Part shown: positions 39,109 to 47,584 of the stretch, one piece after another | How positions within the stretch are numbered: position 1 is the stretch's first letter | How the letters are laid out: each line of letters starts with the position of its first letter | Assembly (NCBI GenBank): GCA_003482855.1 | Contig: DMXO01000006.1 | Location: forward strand, 15,052 to 79,051 | Direction of reading: 5' to 3' | DNA: 64,000 nucleotides | From: Candidatus Magasanikiibacteriota bacterium | GTDB lineage: Bacteria > Patescibacteriota > Patescibacteriia > Magasanikbacterales > UBA922 | Made by a program: the position numbers and the translations under genes | Notes under the pieces: generated by a model | The model's input: only the letters and a program-made list of their open reading frames with translations | Database searches by the model: none | Told to the model about the DNA's origin: nothing

Positions 39109-39348
39109 TTAAACAATAAATTTTGAAATAGCCTGCTTAATCTCCTCCACAAACTCCTTCACCATAGCCGTATTATCCTTCAGCCAGATATACCAAAACA
39201 AAAATAACTTCTCAGAAATTTGCCAATGCACCCTAAGCCACACTTCTGCCTCCGAATCCAAAATGTTTGAAATTTGCTTAGAATCAGCCGTTTCTTCCTC
39301 CAGCTGATGTGCCAAATATTCATCGACAGTCATCCTTTTCTTTACCAA
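39109..39348 (-). CDS. Small hypothetical protein (79 aa)
   Basis: ORF with slightly GC-elevated composition, divergent from the next gene and preceded by a perfect palindrome. Confidence 0.4.
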   Translation of the reverse strand: MVKKRMTVDEYLAHQLEEETADSKQISNILDSEAEVWLRVHWQISEKLFLFWYIWLKDNTAMVKEFVEEIKQAISKFIV

Positions 39349-39393
39349 CCCTTTGGTTTCCGGTTCGAATTGCGTTAATGACCCCCACGCTTT

Positions 39394-39419
39394 TAATTAC
39401 AAATCGCGTTTGTAATTAC
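39394..39419. promoter_or_regulatory. Perfect inverted repeat taattacaaa-N5-tttgtaatta between divergent genes (operator-like)
   Basis: Direct reading. 10-bp perfect arms with a tcgcg spacer, in the 120-bp gap between divergent ORFs 39348(-) and 39471(+). Confidence 0.5.
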
Positions 39420-39470
39420 AATAACAAAAAAGGCTTAATAGAGTCTTTTTTGTTCTAAACTGTTATATGT

Positions 39471-40100
39471 ATGGATCTTAGCGAGTTCTTTTATACAGAA
39501 AGAAAACTAATCAAAGATTTGCAAATCGTATTGAAGGATTTTGAGCCATTGGTTAAGGATCCTAGATTTTTGTGGACTTCAAGACCATTCAAGAATTTCA
39601 ATCTTCTACCAAGAGAGGCCTGGGGTAACTGGCTAGTTTGTGTTGTCCTACGAGAGATGCATGGGCGTGACATAACTTTTATGGAAGATAATGATGGCGA
39701 TGGTTTTATTGTCGATAGAGATAGAAGAATAGTCTTTCCCACAGAACATGTTAATGCCCTAGAGATTCCGCAAGGAAGAAAATGGCCTAGCGGAGAACAG
39801 CGAATTATTGATGCAATAGAACTTAAGATCAAGAGAGGACCTGAATATGCATCTGGTAAGGTTTTGGTTGTATTCTTTGATGGTGCCGGGTATTTTCTAA
39901 GAAGTAGGGTCCGAGAAAATATTTTTGGAAGACACAACTTCGAGGCTGTATTTTGTGTTGGATTAGGAGAATCTACTGAATCAGGCTATTCTTATTATGT
40001 GACGGAATTTAGAGATTCTTTTGTAGGCCAGTCAATAACTCACAGAGTCGATATAGACCGAGTGTTTGAAAATTGGGAGGTTACTAAGATACTGCAATAA
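39471..40100 (+). CDS. Hypothetical protein (209 aa); possible PD-(D/E)xK-like nuclease fold
   Basis: ORF with GDGFIVDRD ... TEHV ... IDAIELKIK; acidic/Lys motifs weakly reminiscent of restriction-endonuclease-like folds. No firm family assignment. Confidence 0.5.
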   Translation: MDLSEFFYTERKLIKDLQIVLKDFEPLVKDPRFLWTSRPFKNFNLLPREAWGNWLVCVVLREMHGRDITFMEDNDGDGFIVDRDRRIVFPTEHVNALEIPQGRKWPSGEQRIIDAIELKIKRGPEYASGKVLVVFFDGAGYFLRSRVRENIFGRHNFEAVFCVGLGESTESGYSYYVTEFRDSFVGQSITHRVDIDRVFENWEVTKILQ

Positions 40101-40250
40101 TGCAACTCTATTTTTTTAGAAGTATTTTTGAATTTGTTAGTTTGATAATAAACGATGAATAAATTATGGGTGTGTGCGTATTTGAGTGGATGAAACTTAG
40201 TAATTTTTGTATTTTTTTGTTATACTATCATTATATTTATTTAAAAAAAT

Positions 40251-41591
40251 ATGTTTACAACACTTCCATTTCAATTGTTGTTGTCAGTTATTTTGGGTGC
40301 AGTCATCGGGCTTGAACGAGAGAGCGGTGGGCAAAGTGATAGGCCCGGCTCTGTCGGTGGTATACGTACCTACGCGCTCATTTGTCTACTCGGTGGTTTG
40401 GCAGGATTTTTTTATTCACAGCAAATATCAACAATGTTTTTGATTCTGACAATCTTGTTGTGTGTTTTGGTTGTGACGTATTATATACTTGGTTCACTTA
40501 TTACAAAACGCGCCGGTCTCACGAGTGAGATTTCTATCGTTTTTACATTTCTTGTTGGTTTTTTTATCACATCAGCTTTGTTGGCTTTGCAGTTGGTGGT
40601 AGCGCTATTAGTTGTGGTCCTTCTTATTCTATCTATCAAAACAAGAACACGCCAGGTTGTTGGGGGATTGTCTCAGCGTGAGCTTGAATCTTTTATTAGT
40701 TACGCGATTATTACACTTGTTATTTTGCCTTTTCTTCCTAATAAGCCTTTTTTGTTGACCGATATTCCTTATATTTCAACACTTTTGGATAGTTATGGTA
40801 TTGGTTTGGGGAAATTTGCGATGTTAGAAATTTTCAATCCGAGGAAATTGTGGCTTATTATTGCTCTTGTGACTGGTATCGATGTGGTTGGTTATTTGCT
40901 TGGTAAATTGGTTGGAAATAAAAAGAGTTTTACTTTGACAAGTTTTGTCGGTGGATTTATCTCTTCGACTTCAACAACACAATCACTTGCGCAAAAAAGT
41001 AAGAAAGCACATATTGTTGACTCTTTGGTAGGCGCAGCTATACTTGCAAATCTCGCGAGTTTTTTGCAAATATTTTTGTTGGTAGGGCCTTTGAATGGCA
41101 GATGGCTTGCGTCTATAACCCCAACCCTTTTGTTGATTATTATCGCTGCTGGCGTGCTTGCTGCAGTTCATCTGTCAAAAAAGGAATCGCAGGCAAGTGA
41201 TGCTCCAGTGCGGAACAAAAAAGTAAAAGAAGATGATAGAAAAATTTTTGCGCTCAAACCAGCAATTAAATTTGCTTTTATTTTGATTAGTGTAAAGTTG
41301 GTAACTAAAATTTGTCTCGTGCTGTTTGGTAATTCTGGTTTTATGATAAGTTCTGTTATTGCTTCATTTGCTGGTATTGATGCCATAGTTATCAATCTTG
41401 CTGACATGGCAGGCAAGACAATTACATTCAAAACAGCATTGATTACATTTATTCTCGTAAATGCAACAAATCTTCTTTCAAAAACCGGATATTCATTTTT
41501 GCAGGGTAATCGTAAATTCGCAATTAAGTTTTTGGTATCCGTGGTAGTTATTATACTAGCAAGTTTGGCGGGCCTATTGTTTGTCAGTTAA
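40251..41591 (+). CDS. mgtC: MgtC/SapB-family membrane protein fused to DUF4010-like C-terminal membrane domain
   Basis: N-terminal LLSVILGAVIGLERESGG is the MgtC signature (GxxIGxERE). About 12 TM helices in total. Confidence 0.8.
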   Translation: MFTTLPFQLLLSVILGAVIGLERESGGQSDRPGSVGGIRTYALICLLGGLAGFFYSQQISTMFLILTILLCVLVVTYYILGSLITKRAGLTSEISIVFTFLVGFFITSALLALQLVVALLVVVLLILSIKTRTRQVVGGLSQRELESFISYAIITLVILPFLPNKPFLLTDIPYISTLLDSYGIGLGKFAMLEIFNPRKLWLIIALVTGIDVVGYLLGKLVGNKKSFTLTSFVGGFISSTSTTQSLAQKSKKAHIVDSLVGAAILANLASFLQIFLLVGPLNGRWLASITPTLLLIIIAAGVLAAVHLSKKESQASDAPVRNKKVKEDDRKIFALKPAIKFAFILISVKLVTKICLVLFGNSGFMISSVIASFAGIDAIVINLADMAGKTITFKTALITFILVNATNLLSKTGYSFLQGNRKFAIKFLVSVVVIILASLAGLLFVS

Positions 41592-41632
41592 TATTACGGA
41601 ATATAAGTTTTGGTTTAGAAAGTTAATTTGAT

Positions 41633-43333
41633 ATGTTAGATAATATTTTTTTGCAGATTTCTGTAGTGTTGGGGATTACTGTTTCAATTGCATTTATCAT
41701 GCGTTTATTGCGCCAGCCACTTATTGTGGCCTATATTATTGCTGGTTTAATTGCAGGTCCATTATTTTTAAATATCGTTGATGGAGGGGAATCTTTTTTT
41801 GATACATTTGCAAAGTTTGGTATTGTGCTACTTCTATTTATTGTGGGGTTGAGTCTCAATTTTGATTATATAAAGAAAATGGGTAAGTTGGTTTTGATAG
41901 GTGGTATTTGGCAATTTTTATTTACCGCCTTTTTTGGTTTTATCATCATGTTATTTTTAGGTTTTTCTTTTTTACCTTCCATTTTTATCGCCATAGCAGT
42001 TACTTTTTCGAGCACCATTATTGTCATAAAGATATTGGCAGACAAACGTGATTTGGAAACAGTGTATGGTCGTTATATTGTAGGTGTTCTTCTTGTTCAG
42101 GATGTACTGGCTGTTGTCATCATGATTTTTTTGAATACTTCCTCTCTAAATTCGAATGGTTGGTACACCACCATGCTTTTGACGTGTGGCAAGGGAGTAT
42201 TACTTGGTGTTGGTGTATTTTTGCTTGCAAAGTATCTCCTTCCGGTTCTCATGGATCGTATTGCACGTAGTGGTGAATTATTATTTATCTTTACGATTGC
42301 CTGGTGCTTTGGTATTGCAAGTGTGGTCTATTGGGCTGGATTTAGTATTGAGATCGGGGCAATTATCGCGGGTATTTCTCTTGGTGCGTCGATATATCAG
42401 CCAGAGATTAGTAGCCGCATCCGTCCCTTGAGGGATTTTTTTATTGTGCTTTTTTTCGTTGTTCTTGGTAGCGAATTGCAATTGGGTGATATACACTCAG
42501 CAATTGTTCCCGGTCTCATATTGTCTGTGTTTGTCTTGATTGCTGATCCTATTATTTTGTACTTTGTAATGCGACATACGGGGTATACGCGCCGAAGTGC
42601 TTTTCTTGCTGGGATCACAGCAGCGCAGGTGAGTGAGTTTGGTTTTATACTCATTTTTAAGGGGCAAGAACTTGGCTATCTTCGTGGCCCTGAATTGGCT
42701 ATTTTGACTATTGTAGCTCTTGTTACTATTGTTATTTCTTCCTACCTCATCACATACAATGAACAACTATATCAGAAAGTATTGCCATTTCTTATGAAAT
42801 TTGGCAAAGACACCGCGCAAAAAGAAGCAAATGAAGCGGAGACATTTTCTGTACTTGTTTTCGGATATCATAGGATTGGTTGGAAAGTGTGTGAGGCGCT
42901 TGCAGAAAAAAAGATTTCTTTTGCAGTAGTTGACTATAACCCCGATTCTATTTTGAAATTAAAACATAGGGGAATACCGGCCTTCTTTGGCGATGCCGCT
43001 GATGTCGAGTTTTTGGAAAGTTTACCTCTTGATAGCGCAAAAATGGTTATATCTACTATACCCGAATCAGATGACCAAAAGACAATGATACAACATATAC
43101 GTAAAACAAATAAAAAATGTATAGTTATTGCTAATTTGTATCATAATACTCATCTCGATGATTTGTACGAAGAAGGGGCGGACTATATTATGATGCCCCA
43201 TCTTCTTGGGGGGCAGTGGATTTCTGAAATACTAAAAGAGCACCCATGGACGCAGAAGACATTCAAAGATTTAAGACGTGAACAACGAGAAGAAATGAAG
43301 TTAAGGTTTACGACAGGTATAGATGAGATATAG
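41633..43333 (+). CDS. Kef-type (CPA2) cation:proton antiporter with C-terminal RCK/TrkA-N domain
   Basis: 566 aa. N-terminal Na+/H+ exchanger-like TM region, then VLVFGYHRIGWKVCEALAEKKISFAVVDYNPD Rossmann (RCK N) motif. Confidence 0.85.
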   Translation: MLDNIFLQISVVLGITVSIAFIMRLLRQPLIVAYIIAGLIAGPLFLNIVDGGESFFDTFAKFGIVLLLFIVGLSLNFDYIKKMGKLVLIGGIWQFLFTAFFGFIIMLFLGFSFLPSIFIAIAVTFSSTIIVIKILADKRDLETVYGRYIVGVLLVQDVLAVVIMIFLNTSSLNSNGWYTTMLLTCGKGVLLGVGVFLLAKYLLPVLMDRIARSGELLFIFTIAWCFGIASVVYWAGFSIEIGAIIAGISLGASIYQPEISSRIRPLRDFFIVLFFVVLGSELQLGDIHSAIVPGLILSVFVLIADPIILYFVMRHTGYTRRSAFLAGITAAQVSEFGFILIFKGQELGYLRGPELAILTIVALVTIVISSYLITYNEQLYQKVLPFLMKFGKDTAQKEANEAETFSVLVFGYHRIGWKVCEALAEKKISFAVVDYNPDSILKLKHRGIPAFFGDAADVEFLESLPLDSAKMVISTIPESDDQKTMIQHIRKTNKKCIVIANLYHNTHLDDLYEEGADYIMMPHLLGGQWISEILKEHPWTQKTFKDLRREQREEMKLRFTTGIDEI

Positions 43334-43404
43334 TTTATAAGGGTTTTCGTATAGCATGCTTGACTTTTTTTGTAAGTGTTGATATAATTTTTTCGCTTAT
43401 AAAA

Positions 43405-43477
43405 GGGCCCGTAGCTTAGCTGGTAGAGCGCCTCGTTTGCACCGAGGAGGTCAGGAGTTCGAATCTCCTCGGGTCCA
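43405..43477 (+). tRNA. tRNA-Ala (TGC)
   Basis: GGGCCCGTAGCTTAGCTGGTAGAGCGCCTCGTTTGCACCGAGGAGGTCAGGAGTTCGAATCTCCTCGGGTCCA. Anticodon loop UUUGCAC. Confidence 0.85.
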
Positions 43478-43567
43478 CTGTTAGACAGTTGACTTCTGAA
43501 GTTGGCAGTTAACAAGAGGAACTACTGTTAATTGTTGATAGTACATTGTCAACTGTTATTTTTTAAG

Positions 43568-43639
<72 letters not shown>

Positions 43640-43676
43640 CTAACTTAATTTTAAATTTTAAATTTAAAATTTTGTT

Positions 43677-43750
43677 CGGGGTGTAGCTCAGTTGGCTAGA
43701 GCGCGTGGTTTGGGACCATGAGGCCGAAGGTTCAAGTCCTTTCACCCCGA
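43677..43750 (+). tRNA. tRNA-Pro (TGG)
   Basis: CGGGGTGTAGCTCAGTTGGCTAGAGCGCGTGGTTTGGGACCATGAGGCCGAAGGTTCAAGTCCTTTCACCCCGA. Anticodon loop UUUGGGA. Terminator hairpin aaccgcctttgaggcggtttt follows at 43753-43778. Confidence 0.85.
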
Positions 43751-43839
43751 CAAACCGCCTTTGAGGCGGTTTTGTTATACACATTGATACAAAATTGTTT
43801 GATCGTTATACTATGTATGTAATCATTAATAATATTTTT

Positions 43840-44706
43840 ATGCGACCACAAAATATAAAAACACGTATTTTCTTAGATAGTGGAGACCCACAAGAGACAA
43901 AACAGGTTTTGAGTGCGTTAGGTTTTCTTGATGGACAAACTACTAATCCTAGTCTTATTGCAAAGAATCCAGAGTTAAAAAATAAACTTTCAAATGGGGA
44001 AAGACTTTCATCCGAGGATATTAATAATTTTTACAAAGGAGTGGTACAGGAGATTTCACGCATGATTCCGCAAGGATCAGTGTCAGTAGAAGTATATGCT
44101 GATGCCGAGACACCGGTTGAAGAAATGTTGGTACAAGCTCGTGAAATGAACACATGGATTCCAAATGCTCATATTAAATTACCTATTACTGCATCTGGAC
44201 TTGAGGCGGCCCATATTTTGACGAGTGAAGGCATGCGAGTAAATATGACGCTGTGTTTTTCTCAACAACAGGCTGCCGCGGTGTATGTAGCGACTCGTGG
44301 TGTGAAGAAAGGTGATGTATTTTTGTCACCATTTATTGGCAGACTTGATGATCAAGGAGAAAATGGGATGAGTTTTATTGAAAATGTTCATGCTATGTTT
44401 GCTAAGAGCGATGGACATGTTGAATTACTTGCGGCAAGTGTGCGCACATATGAACACTTCGAATATTGTCTTAAACTTGGAGTTGATTTGGTGACGGCAC
44501 CGGCAAAAATTTTGTTGCAGTGGGCAGAACACGCTATGGAGGTACCAAGTGACGGATATATGTATGACAAAGGTATAATGAAGGATTTATTGTATGAGGA
44601 TGTGGTTTTGGATAAAAAGTGGGGTGAATATGATATTCATCACGATTTGACTGATGCTGGGCTTGCTAAATTTGTAGCCGATTGGAATAGTTTGATATCA
44701 AAATAA
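43840..44706 (+). CDS. tal: Transaldolase (short-form / fructose-6-phosphate aldolase family)
   Basis: MRPQNIKTRIFLDSGDPQETK...DGQTTNPSLIAKN, the transaldolase hallmarks (FxDS-D and TTNPSL). The ORF is open from 43795. Palindromic terminator aaactctgtcattgacaatggcagagttttttt at 44716-44750. Confidence 0.9.
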   Translation: MRPQNIKTRIFLDSGDPQETKQVLSALGFLDGQTTNPSLIAKNPELKNKLSNGERLSSEDINNFYKGVVQEISRMIPQGSVSVEVYADAETPVEEMLVQAREMNTWIPNAHIKLPITASGLEAAHILTSEGMRVNMTLCFSQQQAAAVYVATRGVKKGDVFLSPFIGRLDDQGENGMSFIENVHAMFAKSDGHVELLAASVRTYEHFEYCLKLGVDLVTAPAKILLQWAEHAMEVPSDGYMYDKGIMKDLLYEDVVLDKKWGEYDIHHDLTDAGLAKFVADWNSLISK

Positions 44707-44773
44707 TGTGCAGATATTATCAAACTCTGTCATTGACAATGGCAGAGTTTTTTTGTATACTGACTGCCGTTAT

Positions 44774-44848
44774 GCGGGCATCATATAATGGTTATTATCC
44801 AAGTTTTCCAAACTTGTGACAGGGGTTCGATTCCCCTTGCCCGCTCCA
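44774..44848 (+). tRNA. tRNA-Gly (TCC), CCA encoded
   Basis: GCGGGCATCATATAATGGTTATTATCCAAGTTTTCCAAACTTGTGACAGGGGTTCGATTCCCCTTGCCCGCTCCA. Anticodon stem CAAGT/ACTTG with loop UUUCCAA. Confidence 0.8.
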
Positions 44849-45002
44849 ACACAAAATAATACAGGGCTTTAGTTCTGTTTTGTTTTGTGAGTGAAGTAGG
44901 GAATCGAACAGGGAAAGGGAGAAAACGGTAGTTTTCTCTTGTTGAGGAAGAGTATTGAGAAACCCGAAGGTTTCTCAAAGAGCCCAACGGGCGAGTGAGA
45001 TT

Positions 45003-45019
45003 TCCCCTTGCCCGCTCAA
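45003..45019 (+). repeat. Direct duplicate (ttccccttgcccgctc) of the 3' end of tRNA-Gly(TCC), 155 bp downstream of the tRNA
   Basis: Exact 16-nt match to 44832-44847. The intervening 150 bp contain two perfect small hairpins (gagaaaacggtagttttctc; gagaaacccgaaggtttctc). Confidence 0.6.
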
Positions 45020-45067
45020 GGCTTGATATTTTGAGCCTTTTCTATTATAATAGGCACACTATAATAT

Positions 45068-45141
45068 CGCGGGGTAGAGCAGTCAGGCAGCTCGTCGGGC
45101 CCATAACCCGAAGGTCGCCGGTTCAAATCCGGCCCCCGCAA
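45068..45141 (+). tRNA. Initiator tRNA-fMet (CAT)
   Basis: CGCGGGGTAGAGCAGTCAGGCAGCTCGTCGGGCCCATAACCCGAAGGTCGCCGGTTCAAATCCGGCCCCCGCAA. C1-A72 mismatch, three G-C pairs in the anticodon stem and near-identity to E. coli tRNA-fMet. Confidence 0.9.
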
Positions 45142-45189
45142 CGATACATTTGCAGATATATATTTCCTTTGATAAAATATATCGCACAT

Positions 45190-45263
45190 GCGGTAGTAGT
45201 TCAGTTGGCTAGAACGTCTCCTTGCCAAGGAGAAGGTCGCCGGTTCGAATCCGGTCTACCGCT
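45190..45263 (+). tRNA. tRNA-Gly (GCC)
   Basis: GCGGTAGTAGTTCAGTTGGCTAGAACGTCTCCTTGCCAAGGAGAAGGTCGCCGGTTCGAATCCGGTCTACCGCT. Anticodon loop UUGCCAA. Confidence 0.85.
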
Positions 45264-45518
45264 CATGTGAAGTTTGTGATATACTACTTCACAAGAAGGG
45301 TTTATTAACAAATAGCCCTTACCCAGTACCAGACGGTACTGGGCTACTGTATGGCCACACAAAATCCGCTTTCAAAGGCGGATTTTGTTTTACCTAAAAT
45401 TAAGAATTAAGTGAAGTACTTGCTTTTATTATATGGTTGGTATATTGTTTTATATATTTAATCTAATAGAAATATGTCACATATATTTCATATATCAAAA
45501 AATAAACAACACATCATC

Positions 45519-46490
45519 ATGCGTTCACATATCGTGCGTTTGATTCGCGAATTTTTTTGGGATCAAAATTTTTTGGAGGTTGAGACACCACATATTTTGA
45601 AGACAGCAGGACAGGAACCAAATATTCAGGCCATGCATATTACTATACACAATGAACACCATGAGCCATTTTATGGATATCTACATACATATCCTGAATA
45701 TGCTATGAAAAAATTGTTGGCAGCAGGATTTGGCAATAATATATTTAGTATATGCAAATCCTTTCGTGATCACGAAAGTTTTGGTGGTACACATAATCCT
45801 GAATTTACCATGATAGAGTGGTATCGATTGGATCATGATTTTTTTGCACTTATGGATGATATGGAACGTATGTTTCAATACATAGCGCAAGGTTTGAAAA
45901 TAAAAAATTTTGATGTCCCTTCTTCTCTGGAAAAATTATGGAAGCGAACCCATATGCGTGATTTGTGGAGGGAGTATGTCGGAATAGAATTAGATAACTA
46001 TCTTGATGTATCGTCTATGTATGAATTGTGTGTAGAGAAGGGTTTTAGACCAAACAAAGAAGAAAGTTATGAAGAATTATTTTATAGAATTTTTTTGGAT
46101 GCCATAGAACCCAATTTGGGGGTTGATGAACCACAAATTATTTATTATTATCCTGCGCTCATGGCATCTCTTTCAAAACGTTCTACAAAAGAGCCTGGGT
46201 ATGCTGAACGGTTTGAGTCATATATTGACGGTGTTGAGATTGCCAATGGCTTCACTGAATTGACTGACGCACAGGAACAACTAGAGCGCTTGAAAGAAGA
46301 TAAAAATGAGCGGGCGCGATTGGGACTTGATGATTATGAGATAGATAAAGATTTTGTAGAAGCGGTAGAACATTTGCCAGCATGTACGGGGAATTCTATG
46401 GGTATAGATCGTATTGTACAGGCCTTCGCGGGTTGCAAAAATATTAATGATGTGCTAGCATTACCTGCAAGTGAAATATTTCAATCATAA
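45519..46490 (+). CDS. epmA: EF-P lysine34 (R)-beta-lysyl transferase EpmA (PoxA/GenX; truncated class II LysRS paralog)
   Basis: MRSHIVRLIREFF...LEVETPHI...FRDHESFGGTHNPEFTMIEWY (class II aaRS motif 2) ...IANGFTELTD, immediately upstream of efp. The ORF is open from 45474. Confidence 0.8.
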   Translation: MRSHIVRLIREFFWDQNFLEVETPHILKTAGQEPNIQAMHITIHNEHHEPFYGYLHTYPEYAMKKLLAAGFGNNIFSICKSFRDHESFGGTHNPEFTMIEWYRLDHDFFALMDDMERMFQYIAQGLKIKNFDVPSSLEKLWKRTHMRDLWREYVGIELDNYLDVSSMYELCVEKGFRPNKEESYEELFYRIFLDAIEPNLGVDEPQIIYYYPALMASLSKRSTKEPGYAERFESYIDGVEIANGFTELTDAQEQLERLKEDKNERARLGLDDYEIDKDFVEAVEHLPACTGNSMGIDRIVQAFAGCKNINDVLALPASEIFQS

Positions 46491-46500
46491 AGTTATACAT

Positions 46501-47067
46501 ATGGGAGATACTACAGATATTCGAAAGGGCGCAGTCATACGACACAATAATGAATTGTATGTAGTGACTAGTTGCCAATTCGTGAATCCGGGTAAGGGAC
46601 AAGCCTTCACCAAAACAAAATTAAAAAATATTTCTAGTGGTAAAGGGACTGAAATGACATATAAAAGTGGAGAAAATGTTGATGTCGTTGAAGTGCAGCG
46701 TCAAAATATACAATTTTTGTACAAAAATGGTGAATTTTTTTCTTTCATGAACACTGACTCCTACGAAACACTTGACGTGTCGTCTGATATTATCGGCGAT
46801 GATACAAAATATCTTAAAGAAGGGATTATGGTGATTGCATCTTTATATGAAGGGAATGTAGTAGCAATTCAATTGCCTAAAAAAATTGTATACAAAGTAA
46901 TAACAGCACCTCCAGCAGTCAAAGGTGACACAGCAGGTGGCAATGTCACCAAAGAAGTTGAACTTGATAATGGTCTCAAGATTCATGTGCCTATATTTAT
47001 CAAAGAAGGTGAAGAAATTTTGGTAAATACTGAGACTGGTGAATATGGTGGTAGGTCGGCAGAATAG
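46501..47067 (+). CDS. efp: Translation elongation factor P
   Basis: MGDTTDIRKGAVIRHNNELYVV...VNPGKGQAF. It contains the conserved PGKGxA loop carrying the modifiable Lys, and three OB/KOW-like domains. The ORF is open from 46471. Confidence 0.95.
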   Translation: MGDTTDIRKGAVIRHNNELYVVTSCQFVNPGKGQAFTKTKLKNISSGKGTEMTYKSGENVDVVEVQRQNIQFLYKNGEFFSFMNTDSYETLDVSSDIIGDDTKYLKEGIMVIASLYEGNVVAIQLPKKIVYKVITAPPAVKGDTAGGNVTKEVELDNGLKIHVPIFIKEGEEILVNTETGEYGGRSAE

Positions 47068-47108
47068 TCACTTGAGCACTCTAGCACTGAAGTATTTGAA
47101 AACATAAA

Positions 47109-47140
47109 AGCCGTTCGTGATGCGAGCGGTTTTTTATTTC
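47109..47140 (+). terminator. Rho-independent terminator after efp
   Basis: aaagccgttcgtgatgcgagcggttttttatttctttttt. Confidence 0.65.
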
Positions 47141-47230
47141 TTTTTTGCCCGCGCCGCGAGACAGAGCAGAAAATCTTTGTCTGCTTGTCTGCGGCCACGG
47201 GCGGCGTGCTCCTGCGGGAGCATAGGGGGT

Positions 47231-47584
47231 TTACGCCGTGGGCATTGCCCCGGCGAGGAAGGTATCGTAGGACACGGGTGTCCCCCACGGGACACACTTC
47301 GGGGTGTTGTTGATGAAGCGGAGTCCGCGACGGGCATAGATCTGTCTCACCTCAGTGATGATCTTTCTGCCCGAGAAGAACTCATAGTCCCAGTAATGCC
47401 CGCTCACATGCCACAGGTTCAGGGTGATGTGGCCGGTGCCGTTGCACCGGTAGCAGACGAACCCCACACCTTCGGGGTCATGATCCCGTCGGTGAATGCC
47501 CGTAGCCTTACACAGCACGCATTCAGCCTTGAAGTCCAAGACTGGACGTGCCTCTGCGCCTTCTGGCGCTGCTTGCTTTCGCAT
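47231..47584 (-). CDS. Compositionally foreign (GC-rich) 117-aa protein with CxxC...CxxCNGTG zinc-ribbon / DnaJ-CR-like motif
   Basis: MRKQAAPEGAEARPVLDFKAECVLCKATGIHRRDHDPEGVGFVCYRCNGTGHITLN... A sampled 60-nt stretch is 65% GC, with about 75% GC3. The opposite-strand 183-aa ORF (47117..47668) is Arg/Ala/Cys-rich junk-like. Confidence 0.45.
   Translation of the reverse strand: MRKQAAPEGAEARPVLDFKAECVLCKATGIHRRDHDPEGVGFVCYRCNGTGHITLNLWHVSGHYWDYEFFSGRKIITEVRQIYARRGLRFINNTPKCVPWGTPVSYDTFLAGAMPTA

Noticed and set aside
43640-43676. AT tandem repeats (ttaaatttta aatttaaaat) between tRNA-Phe and tRNA-Pro and the 16-bp tandem at 8657 considered as CRISPR
   Set aside because: Only 2-3 units, no spacers of defined length and no cas genes; these are simple tandem repeats.
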